From sequence record SRR20825006_2113: 64,000 nucleotides of DNA; one strand, given 5' to 3'. The notes beneath the pieces are model-generated. The model was not told the DNA's origin. It made no database searches and saw only the letters and a list, made by a program, of their open reading frames with translations. Of the stretch, positions 47,032 to 55,986 are shown one piece after another. Position 1 is the first letter of the stretch. Each line of letters starts with the position of its first letter. Position numbers and translations under genes: made by a program.

Positions 47032-50000
47032 ATGCGACTACCCCTAAGGATATTTAATTTGTTTGTACCAGCGGTGTTCTATAACCTTCTGTTAGTTGTT
47101 ACTATATATTTTAGTACACCAACATTACGAGCTCAAAAATCAAATCCTCAAATAGTAAAAAATACAGAGGGGACTATTGTTTTCACTAAAGATTCATTAG
47201 GAAATCAAATTCCAGATTATTCTTACTGCGGTTATCAAAATAGTAACCAGTCTATTCCTACCATACCTATTAAAGCTGTTGTTGCAACGATAGAAGGAGA
47301 TGCAACAGCAACGATTCAAGAAGCTCTGGATTATGTAGGATCTTTAAAGGCAGATCAGAATGGTTATCGAGGAAGCGTACTTCTAAACAGTGGTGTATAT
47401 CATATTGAAGGAAATCTTATCATAGCGAAGTCTGGAGTTGTGTTAAGAGGAAGCGGAACCGGAGATAACGGAACAGTACTATTAAGTACTGGTTCGGAAC
47501 GCATGGCATTGATTCAGTTACTAGGAGGTAAGAATCAAACGAGTGAAAAGATTATCAATATAGAAGATAACTATGTGCCATTAGGTACAAGAACTTTAAA
47601 ACTATCCAAATCAACAGCTTTAACAAGTAATTCGTCTATCCGTATTGTATCTCAATTTAAGCAGCATTGGATCGACTTACTCCAGATGAATAATTTTGGA
47701 GGGGAGACTGATTGGTTGGGGTGGAAAACTTCAGATTTTAAGATAGTTGCAGATCGTGAAATTATTGATGTGGATGGTCATAAAATAACTTTAGATGCAC
47801 CGTTAACCCAACCTTTAAACAATGATTTATCAGTTAATTACCTTGAAATTTATAATACTGAGAATCGAATAGTAAATAGTGGAGTTGAAAATTTAATTAT
47901 CGATTCAGAATATAGAAGGCTCAATCCAAAAGATGAACAACACCGTTGGGATGGAATTTCGATAGACAATGCTATTGATGTTTGGGTAAGACAGGTCAAC
48001 TTTTACCATCTTGCAGGTAGTGCAGTTATTGTTCAACAAAATGCTAAGCGTGTTACTGTTGAAGATTGTATTGCAAAAAATCCAATATCTGAAGTTGCAT
48101 CTTACAGGAGAAATACATTTTACACCGAAGGTCAGCAAACGCTTTTTCAACGTTGCTATGCCGCATCTGGATTTCATGATTTTGCAGTTGGGGGTTATGG
48201 GACCAGTGGTCCTAATGTATTTGTACAATGCAAATCCTATTTGCCATTTAGCTACAGCGGTTCTATTGGCAGTTGGAATACCGGATTGTTATTTGATAAT
48301 GTAACCATTGATGGAGATGCCATAAGTTTTGCTAATAAGGGACAGGACACAAGAGGATTAGGATGGAATGCAGCTTATAGCATGATTTGGGAATCTAGTG
48401 CTTCTAAAATAGAAAACTATGCGCCTCCACTGGCTACCAATTGGGCTTACGGAGTTTGGGGTCAGTTTGCCGGCAATGGTGAATGGCAGGAGGTAAACAG
48501 CCACATAAAACCGCAAAGTCTATACTATGCGTTGCGAGCACAACGCGGTATTAAAGATACACTTGGATTTGAATTATATCCTTTAGATTCAGAACCTTCT
48601 TCAAGTCCTACTCAAGAACAAGCTGCGGCATTAACTGAACTAGCATCTGCGCCCAGCTTGGATCTTGAGTATTTTATAGATAAAGCTAACCTCAGAAACA
48701 CTATATCAACATTTCACGAGAATACAAGAATATTTAAAAAGACAAAAGACAACGCTTCTGTTGCCAAATTAGAGCAAAAGACTAATGTAATTTTGATTAA
48801 AAATGGCAAACTACAAGGTAATTATGGTCTAATTACAGGAAAGACTAATTCAGTCCCTTGGTGGAGGGGTAGTTTGAGACCTAGAGATGTTAAAAACGCA
48901 CAACCACATATCACAAGGTTTGTACCAGGGCATCAGGGATTAGGTTATACTGACCATTTACCACAAACAGTTGCTTCTATGAAATCTAATAATATTGCAG
49001 CGATAGATCATAACTATGGTTTGTGGTACGAGCGTAGAATGGATGATCACGAACGCGTTCGTCGCTATGATGCTGATACTTGGGCACCATTCTATGAACA
49101 GCCATTTGATAGGAGTGGTCAATTTGAAGCTTGGGATGCCTTAAGCAAATACGATTTAACCTCCTTTAATACTTGGTATTGGTACCGCCTACAGCGATTC
49201 GCTAAACTTGCTGAAAGAGAAAATAAAATTCTCCTTAATGAACAATATTTTCAGCATAATATCTTAGAAGCCGGAGCTCATTGGGCAAGTTCACCGTGGC
49301 GAAGTGCAAATAATATCAATAATACACCATTCCCTGAACCGCCCCCGTACGCAGGAGATAAACGTATTTTTATGTCCAAGCAGTTTTATGATGTTACAAA
49401 TGAAGGGCTTGCGAAACTTCATAGAGGGTTTATGATTAAGAATTTAGAGAATTTCAGTAATAGTAGCAATGTTTTACAGCTTCTAAGTCAAGAATATACA
49501 GGTCCCTTACATTTTATGGAATTTTGGCTAGATGTAATCCAAGATTTTGAAAAAACGAATGTGAACCAATCGAAAATTACGCTTAGTGCTACTAAAGATG
49601 TACAGGATGCAATTCTAAAAAAGTCGGAGTATGCTTCTTTAATTGATGTTATTGATATCAAGTACTGGTATTATAAACAAGATGGGACTTTATATGCTCC
49701 AGAGGGTGGGAAATATTTAGCTCCTCGTCAACATGCTCGTAAAATGGATACCGGCAAGGAAACTACATCACAAACCTTTCGTGCTATTCAAGAATATAGA
49801 AACAAGTATCCAGATAAAGCGGTTCTATATAATACGAATGCTGCTCCAAGAATGGGATGGGCAGTACTTTTGGCAGGTGGATCTCTTCCAGCAATACCCC
49901 AAGTCGAAATATCAGGTTTTCAACAAGCTATTGGAACTATGAGCGTGCAGTCTTCTTATAACGATGCCGTATGGGAAATGAGTACCCCAGGAAAAAACTA

Positions 50001-50190
50001 TTTATTCTATTTTAATGAAGCTACAACATCAGAACTTGATTTAACCAAATTTTCAGGGAACTATAAAGGCTTTTGGGTTGATGAAAACTCAGGAAAATGT
50101 TTAACTGAGCACAATTTTAAGGGAGGAGAAATACACATCATTTCAAGTGATTCTAAAGCCTCAAAAGTTCTCTATATCTATAAAGTATAA
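47032..50190 (+). CDS. Pectate-lyase-like beta-helix protein with C-terminal DUF6298-like domain
   Basis: IPDYSYCGY, GVVLRGSG, SGPNVF beta-helix region; C-terminal YGLWYERRMDDHER, YFQHNILEAGAHW. Confidence 0.6.
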   Translation: MRLPLRIFNLFVPAVFYNLLLVVTIYFSTPTLRAQKSNPQIVKNTEGTIVFTKDSLGNQIPDYSYCGYQNSNQSIPTIPIKAVVATIEGDATATIQEALDYVGSLKADQNGYRGSVLLNSGVYHIEGNLIIAKSGVVLRGSGTGDNGTVLLSTGSERMALIQLLGGKNQTSEKIINIEDNYVPLGTRTLKLSKSTALTSNSSIRIVSQFKQHWIDLLQMNNFGGETDWLGWKTSDFKIVADREIIDVDGHKITLDAPLTQPLNNDLSVNYLEIYNTENRIVNSGVENLIIDSEYRRLNPKDEQHRWDGISIDNAIDVWVRQVNFYHLAGSAVIVQQNAKRVTVEDCIAKNPISEVASYRRNTFYTEGQQTLFQRCYAASGFHDFAVGGYGTSGPNVFVQCKSYLPFSYSGSIGSWNTGLLFDNVTIDGDAISFANKGQDTRGLGWNAAYSMIWESSASKIENYAPPLATNWAYGVWGQFAGNGEWQEVNSHIKPQSLYYALRAQRGIKDTLGFELYPLDSEPSSSPTQEQAAALTELASAPSLDLEYFIDKANLRNTISTFHENTRIFKKTKDNASVAKLEQKTNVILIKNGKLQGNYGLITGKTNSVPWWRGSLRPRDVKNAQPHITRFVPGHQGLGYTDHLPQTVASMKSNNIAAIDHNYGLWYERRMDDHERVRRYDADTWAPFYEQPFDRSGQFEAWDALSKYDLTSFNTWYWYRLQRFAKLAERENKILLNEQYFQHNILEAGAHWASSPWRSANNINNTPFPEPPPYAGDKRIFMSKQFYDVTNEGLAKLHRGFMIKNLENFSNSSNVLQLLSQEYTGPLHFMEFWLDVIQDFEKTNVNQSKITLSATKDVQDAILKKSEYASLIDVIDIKYWYYKQDGTLYAPEGGKYLAPRQHARKMDTGKETTSQTFRAIQEYRNKYPDKAVLYNTNAAPRMGWAVLLAGGSLPAIPQVEISGFQQAIGTMSVQSSYNDAVWEMSTPGKNYLFYFNEATTSELDLTKFSGNYKGFWVDENSGKCLTEHNFKGGEIHIISSDSKASKVLYIYKV

Positions 50191-50195
50191 CAAAA

Positions 50196-51596
50196 ATGAA
50201 AGTCTTTTACCCAGTAATAGCCGCCCTATTAATTTTCTTGAGTTCTTGTAAAAATGATAAAAAAGAGCTCGATGAACCTCAAGAAGTAGTTAGTGAAGAA
50301 TCACATCTAAAACCCATTCAAATTGCTGATAACCCCCATTATTTACAAAAAGAAAATGGTGATCCATTTTTTTGGTTAGGAGATACCGCTTGGTTGATGT
50401 TTAGCAAATTAAATCGCAGTGAAATAGCAACCTACCTTGATGATCGGAAAAGTAAAGGTTTTAATGTTATTCAAGTGATGGTTTTACACGCGCTTGATGC
50501 CAGTTCTCCCAATGGAACAAAAGCCTTGATTGATGAACAACTTGATCAGCCCAATAGTAGTACCAATAACAGCAGCTATAATTACTGGGATCACATGCAA
50601 TATGCTATTGATATGGCGGAAGAAAGGGGACTGTATATGGCCTTAGTACCTGTATGGGGTAATAATGTAAAGTCTGGCAAAGTTTCAGAATCGCAAGCAC
50701 GTAAATATGGCCAATTTTTGACAGAGCGTTTTAAAAATGAAAATATCATTTGGCTTAATGGTGGGGATACCTTTGGTAATGAATATACTGAGGTTTGGAA
50801 TACTTTAGGACTTTCAATTAAGAAAGGTAGCCCCAATCTCTTACAGACATTTCATCCACGAGGTAGACATCAATCCTCAGATTGGTTTCACAACGAAAGT
50901 TGGTTGGATTTTAATATGATTCAATCGGGTCATAGAAGATATGATCAGGATGATTCAGAGAAAGCTTATGGAGAAGATAATTATAAATATGTAGATGTAG
51001 ATTTTAATCTAAATCCAGTAAAACCAACCATAGATGGTGAGCCATCATATGAAGGAATACCTCAAGGTTTACACGATACCCTCCAGCCTCTATGGAATGA
51101 TAATGATATACGTAGGTACGGATATTGGTCTGTATTTGCAGGAGCCGCTGGATATACGTATGGCCATAGTGCAATTATGCAATTTTATAGTAAAAAAGAT
51201 GGTGCTGGGGCATATGGTAATAAAACAGAATGGTCAGAAGCACTTAAGGCACCTGGTGCGAAGCAAATGAAATACTTGAAAGAGCTTATGTTGCTATTTC
51301 CATATTTCCAAAGAGAACCTGATAAGGATATGGTAGTCGATCAGGGTCAAAAGTATGATTACGTAGCAGCGACAAAAGGGGTTGATTATGCCATGATATA
51401 TACCTATACAGGGCGCACTTTTGAGCTTCAACTGGGAAGAATAGATGGGGAGCGTTTAAACGCCTATTGGTATAATCCAAGAAATGGGAAGGATTTAGCA
51501 ATAGGCTCAATTGATAACTCAGGAGTACAAATGTTTAATCCTCCAGGTGATGCTCAAGATGGAAATGATTGGGTACTAGTATTAACATCAAAATAG
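50196..51596 (+). CDS. GH140-like apiosidase (DUF4038 plus putative collagen-binding domain), lipoprotein
   Basis: PFFWLGDTAW, KGFNVIQ, WLNGGD, DFNMIQSGH, DGEPSYE, GYTYG, WYNPRNG, DWVLVL. Confidence 0.85.
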   Translation: MKVFYPVIAALLIFLSSCKNDKKELDEPQEVVSEESHLKPIQIADNPHYLQKENGDPFFWLGDTAWLMFSKLNRSEIATYLDDRKSKGFNVIQVMVLHALDASSPNGTKALIDEQLDQPNSSTNNSSYNYWDHMQYAIDMAEERGLYMALVPVWGNNVKSGKVSESQARKYGQFLTERFKNENIIWLNGGDTFGNEYTEVWNTLGLSIKKGSPNLLQTFHPRGRHQSSDWFHNESWLDFNMIQSGHRRYDQDDSEKAYGEDNYKYVDVDFNLNPVKPTIDGEPSYEGIPQGLHDTLQPLWNDNDIRRYGYWSVFAGAAGYTYGHSAIMQFYSKKDGAGAYGNKTEWSEALKAPGAKQMKYLKELMLLFPYFQREPDKDMVVDQGQKYDYVAATKGVDYAMIYTYTGRTFELQLGRIDGERLNAYWYNPRNGKDLAIGSIDNSGVQMFNPPGDAQDGNDWVLVLTSK

Positions 51597-51597
51597 A

Positions 51598-53175
51598 TTG
51601 AAGTTGAAAAAAAACCATATCATTTTCTTTGTAGCTTACATCTTAAGTTCAACTGCATTATTTGCCTCTTTTAGACATTATAATGTTGTGGAGGAGGGCG
51701 CTAATAATAATGGGATTAAGTGCACTCAAACTCTTCAAAAATTAATAAATACAGCCTCTGAACAAGGTGGAGGTACTTTGTTTTTTCCTGCAGGGAATTA
51801 TTTAACAGGAGCTTTAGAATTAAAAAGCAATATAACGCTTGACTTAGAAGCCGGAGCCGTATTAAAATTTTCTGAGGACTTTGATGATTACCTTCCTTTT
51901 GTACAATTGCGTTGGGAAGGAACTGTACTTAATAGTTTTTCTCCTTTACTTTATGCAAAAAATGCCGAAAATATAACGATTACCGGGCGTGGTGTTATAG
52001 ACGGTAGCGGGAAAGCGTGGTGGACGGAAATGTACCGAATAGAATCTACTGAAAATTTACCGCTAACTAAATATCAGAAAATGACTCAGGAGCAAAACAA
52101 AGACCTCGTCACAGCTCCCTATTATCAGCGTACCCGCAATTTTTTGTTTCACAGACCACCACTATTTCAGGCATTTAAGTGTAAGAATATTTTGATAGAA
52201 GGTGTTACTTTTCAGAACGCTCCTTTTTGGACTATAAATCCGGCGTTTTGTGATAATGTCTCAATAGATAAGGTTACAATATTCAACCCACCTTCTCCCA
52301 ATACAGACGGGATTAACCCTACTTCCTGCAAAAACGTTCATATTTCTAATTGCCATATTAGTGTGGGAGATGATTGTATTACCATAAAATCAGGGAGAGA
52401 CGCAGACGGCCGTAAATGGGCAACTCCTACCGAAAATGTAACCATAACTAACTCAACAATGCTTAGCGGTCACGGGGGAGTGGTAATTGGGAGTGAAATG
52501 TCTGGCGGAATAAAAAAAATCACAATTTCAAACTGTGTTTTTGACGGTACAGACCGTGGAATACGTATAAAATCTGCAAGAGGACGCGGCGGGGTGGTTG
52601 AAGACATCCAAATTTCTAATATTGTGATGAATAATATCAAGCAAGAAGCTTTTATGCTTAACATGTTTTACGATAAAAATACAACTGAAGAAGAAGTGTC
52701 AGAACGGACTCCTGTCTTTAGAAATATTCATTTTAGCAATATCACCGGAACAGCTGTTAATACTGCCGGACGAATATTAGGGATTTCAGAAATGCCTGTG
52801 CAAAATGTAAGCTTTTCTAACATATATCTAGAAGCTGAAACGGGGTTTGAAATCCACACAGCTAAAGATTTTAAGTTTAATAATGTGCAGGTAAATACAA
52901 CAATAGGGCCATCATTTGAAATCGAAAATACACAGGGGTTTGTGCTGACAAGCATTTCTTCAAAAGAACCCTTGGAAGATACTCCGGTTGTGAAGCTTAT
53001 AAATGTATCTAATGTTTTACTAACCTCTAATTTCCCCATTACAAATACTCCGCTTTTTTTAGAAGTAAGTGGAGCTGAGACTCGAAATGTTTTTCTGAAG
53101 AATAATGTATTTGATAATGTTTCGGTCCCTTTAAAATCAAGCAAGGATGTAAAATTTAAAATCAATCTCAATTGA
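51598..53175 (+). CDS. GH28 galacturonidase (TTG start)
   Basis: NTDG, GDD, GHG, RIK catalytic motifs. Confidence 0.93.
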   Translation: MKLKKNHIIFFVAYILSSTALFASFRHYNVVEEGANNNGIKCTQTLQKLINTASEQGGGTLFFPAGNYLTGALELKSNITLDLEAGAVLKFSEDFDDYLPFVQLRWEGTVLNSFSPLLYAKNAENITITGRGVIDGSGKAWWTEMYRIESTENLPLTKYQKMTQEQNKDLVTAPYYQRTRNFLFHRPPLFQAFKCKNILIEGVTFQNAPFWTINPAFCDNVSIDKVTIFNPPSPNTDGINPTSCKNVHISNCHISVGDDCITIKSGRDADGRKWATPTENVTITNSTMLSGHGGVVIGSEMSGGIKKITISNCVFDGTDRGIRIKSARGRGGVVEDIQISNIVMNNIKQEAFMLNMFYDKNTTEEEVSERTPVFRNIHFSNITGTAVNTAGRILGISEMPVQNVSFSNIYLEAETGFEIHTAKDFKFNNVQVNTTIGPSFEIENTQGFVLTSISSKEPLEDTPVVKLINVSNVLLTSNFPITNTPLFLEVSGAETRNVFLKNNVFDNVSVPLKSSKDVKFKINLN

Positions 53176-54113
53176 GAATTAAGTCGCGACATACACGTAC
53201 CTTTTTACTTCTTCTCATAGCAGTTTTAGTAATGAGCTGTAGCACTGAGAAAGATATTTACCTTTTCACATCTTTTAGGGAGCCGGCAACAGAGGGTTTA
53301 TATCTGGCTTATAGTGAAGATGGTTACCATTGGGAGGATTTAGAAGGCCCCTATTTAAAACCGCAAATAGGAAAAAGTGGGATTATGAGAGATCCTTCAA
53401 TCATAAAAGGAAAGGATAATATGTATCATATGGTTTGGACGACAGAATGGCGTGGAGGAACAGGTTTTGGTTATGCCACTTCTAAAGATTTAATCAATTG
53501 GTCAGAACAGCAGTATATACCTGTAATGGCAGAGGAACCAGATGTTGTAAACGTTTGGGCTCCAGAAATTTTTTATGATGATGTAAAGGATAGATATATT
53601 ATTATCTGGGCTTCAACGGTTCCATTTAAATTTGAGAAAGGCATAGAGGAAGAAGATAACAATCATAGAATGTACTATACCACAACTAAAGATTTTAAGT
53701 CGTTTACAGATACCAAATTATTTTTTAATCCAGGACATAGTGTAATCGATTGCGTTTTAGTAAAAATGGCAATGGGGGAATATGTTCTTGTTTTAAAAGA
53801 CAACACTAGACCAATGCGCAATCTAAAAATAGCATTTAGTAAATCACCTTTGGGACCTTTTTCAACTAGTTCAGAACCATTTTCAGATTTTCTTTCTGAA
53901 GGGCCAACTGTGCTTCAACAAAATGGAAAGTGGATTATTTATTTTGACAATTATGGAGCCAAAGATTATCAGGCAGTTCGTACTTCAGATTTCCAAGAGT
54001 TTGAGAATATATCCGATCTAATTAAGTTGCCGGATGGGCATAAACATGGAACTATAACAACAATTTCAAGAAGTATCTTAAAAGGTCTTCTTAACAAAAA
54101 AGATCAATTCTAA
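53172..54113 (+). CDS. GH43 (probably GH43_18) alpha-L-arabinofuranosidase, lipoprotein (TTG start)
   Basis: MRDPSI, VWAPE, SVID, SEGP, KHGT; lipobox VMSC. Confidence 0.82.
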   Translation: MRIKSRHTRTFLLLLIAVLVMSCSTEKDIYLFTSFREPATEGLYLAYSEDGYHWEDLEGPYLKPQIGKSGIMRDPSIIKGKDNMYHMVWTTEWRGGTGFGYATSKDLINWSEQQYIPVMAEEPDVVNVWAPEIFYDDVKDRYIIIWASTVPFKFEKGIEEEDNNHRMYYTTTKDFKSFTDTKLFFNPGHSVIDCVLVKMAMGEYVLVLKDNTRPMRNLKIAFSKSPLGPFSTSSEPFSDFLSEGPTVLQQNGKWIIYFDNYGAKDYQAVRTSDFQEFENISDLIKLPDGHKHGTITTISRSILKGLLNKKDQF

Positions 54114-55985
54114 ATGGTAAGATCTGTTCATCTAAATAAAAGTTTAGTTAGCGTTATAATGCTGGTCATATTACTGAGTACGATTTCTGGTGTTGCTCAG
54201 CAAGACACCATTCAATATGTTGGTACAACCTTATCTAATATAGACTATCATCACGGCCAGCTTCGCCCGGCAGTGGGGGTTCATGCCACCCAGATTATGC
54301 GTGCAAGTAGAGAACATCCTGAGAAAGCAGATGGTTTTGGCTGGACCTATAATCACGCACCAAATATGGCTTATTGGAATAATATGTTTTTTGTGCAGTA
54401 TTTAAGTGATCCCGTGGGTGAGCATATTCCACCTAGTCAAACCCTTTTAATGCATTCTAACGATGGTAAAGAATGGTCAATGCCAGAAGTAATATTTCCT
54501 GTTTATCGCATTCCTGATGGTATTAAAAAAGAAGGAGTAGATGGTTTATCTAAAAATCTGGATGCCACGATGCATCAACGTATGGGCTTTTATACTTCTT
54601 CAGATAACAGACTTTTTACCTTAGCTTTTTATGGCATATCATTAAATGAAAAAGACAGTCCAAATGACGGTAAGGGAATAGGTAGAGTTATTAGAGAGGT
54701 GAAGAGAGATGGTACACTAGGTCCGATCTATTTTATCAGATACAATAAATCTTGGAATGAATCAAATACCAATTTTCCGTTTTACAAATCAAGCAAGGAT
54801 AAAGGATTTAAAATGGCGTGTGAAGAGATTTTAGCTCAGCCTTTATTGATGCAACAATGGGTTGAGGAAGCAGATAGGGATGATCCTTTAATTCCGCTAC
54901 AAAAGCAGTTTAAGGCTTTTAGTTATTACCATTTGCCAGACGGTGATGTTATAGGTTTGTGGAAACACGCCTTGACATCAATAAGCAAAGATGAGGGTAA
55001 AACTTGGGAGTATAAACCCACACGGGCACCTGGTTTTGTAAACAGCAATGCAAAAATATGGGGACAGAAGACCTCAGATAATCGGTACGCTACGGTTTAT
55101 AATCCTTCAGAATACCGCTGGCCACTGGCGATCTCTACAAGTGATAATGGACTGAGTTATTCAGATTTGTTATTGGTTCACGGTGAATTAACACCAATGC
55201 GTTACGGGGGAAATTATAAATCCTACGGCCCGCAATATGTAAGAGGAATTACCGAAAAGAATGGTATTCCACCTGATGGTAAGCTTTGGGTGAGTTATAG
55301 TGTAAATAAGGAGGATATTTGGGTTGCTTCGATTCCGGTTCCGGTAAAAGGCTTTGTGAATGAAGATGTGAATGCAGTTTTTAATGATTTCTCTAATGGT
55401 CACGAATTGGATTTATGGAATGTCTATAATCTATCTTGGGCTTCCGCTAAAATTGAAGAAAAAGATAGTGGTATTAAATGGCTTACACTTCGTGATCACG
55501 ACCCCTTTGATTATGCAAAAGTGGAACGGGTACTACCTTCCGCAGAGAAAATGGAAGCTATTTTTACAATTATGCCTGAGCAAAATAATCACGGTTTATT
55601 GCATATCGAATTTCAGAATGCAGAAGGTTTGCCTTCAATTCGTATCATCTTTGATAAGGATGGAAAAATTAAAACGAAATCGGGCTCACGCTTTAGCGGT
55701 GTAGCCGACTATGAAGCCGGTAGAGAATACAAATTAAAAGTAGTTCTTGATGTTACCACACGCTCGTATACAATTCAGGTTAATGACGGGAAAGAATCGC
55801 ATAAGATATTTTATGCGCCAGCATTAGCTATAGAGCGCATTATGTTGAGAACAGGCGAAACTCGGCATTTTCCTACACCCGATACTCCGGCTGATAAGGA
55901 GGATTATGATGATTTGCCCAATACCGGTGCATCAATTCCGGAGGCTGTTTTTAATTTGAAATCAGTGATTACAAAAAAGCTTTAG
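54114..55985 (+). CDS. GH143-like 2-keto-3-deoxy-D-lyxo-heptulosaric acid (Dha) hydrolase
   Basis: YHHGQLRPAVGVH...RASREHP, WTYNHAP, MHQRMGFY, GPQYVRGI, SVNKEDIW; resembles the BT1020 N-terminal domain (recalled). Confidence 0.72.
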   Translation: MVRSVHLNKSLVSVIMLVILLSTISGVAQQDTIQYVGTTLSNIDYHHGQLRPAVGVHATQIMRASREHPEKADGFGWTYNHAPNMAYWNNMFFVQYLSDPVGEHIPPSQTLLMHSNDGKEWSMPEVIFPVYRIPDGIKKEGVDGLSKNLDATMHQRMGFYTSSDNRLFTLAFYGISLNEKDSPNDGKGIGRVIREVKRDGTLGPIYFIRYNKSWNESNTNFPFYKSSKDKGFKMACEEILAQPLLMQQWVEEADRDDPLIPLQKQFKAFSYYHLPDGDVIGLWKHALTSISKDEGKTWEYKPTRAPGFVNSNAKIWGQKTSDNRYATVYNPSEYRWPLAISTSDNGLSYSDLLLVHGELTPMRYGGNYKSYGPQYVRGITEKNGIPPDGKLWVSYSVNKEDIWVASIPVPVKGFVNEDVNAVFNDFSNGHELDLWNVYNLSWASAKIEEKDSGIKWLTLRDHDPFDYAKVERVLPSAEKMEAIFTIMPEQNNHGLLHIEFQNAEGLPSIRIIFDKDGKIKTKSGSRFSGVADYEAGREYKLKVVLDVTTRSYTIQVNDGKESHKIFYAPALAIERIMLRTGETRHFPTPDTPADKEDYDDLPNTGASIPEAVFNLKSVITKKL

Positions 55986-55986
55986 A

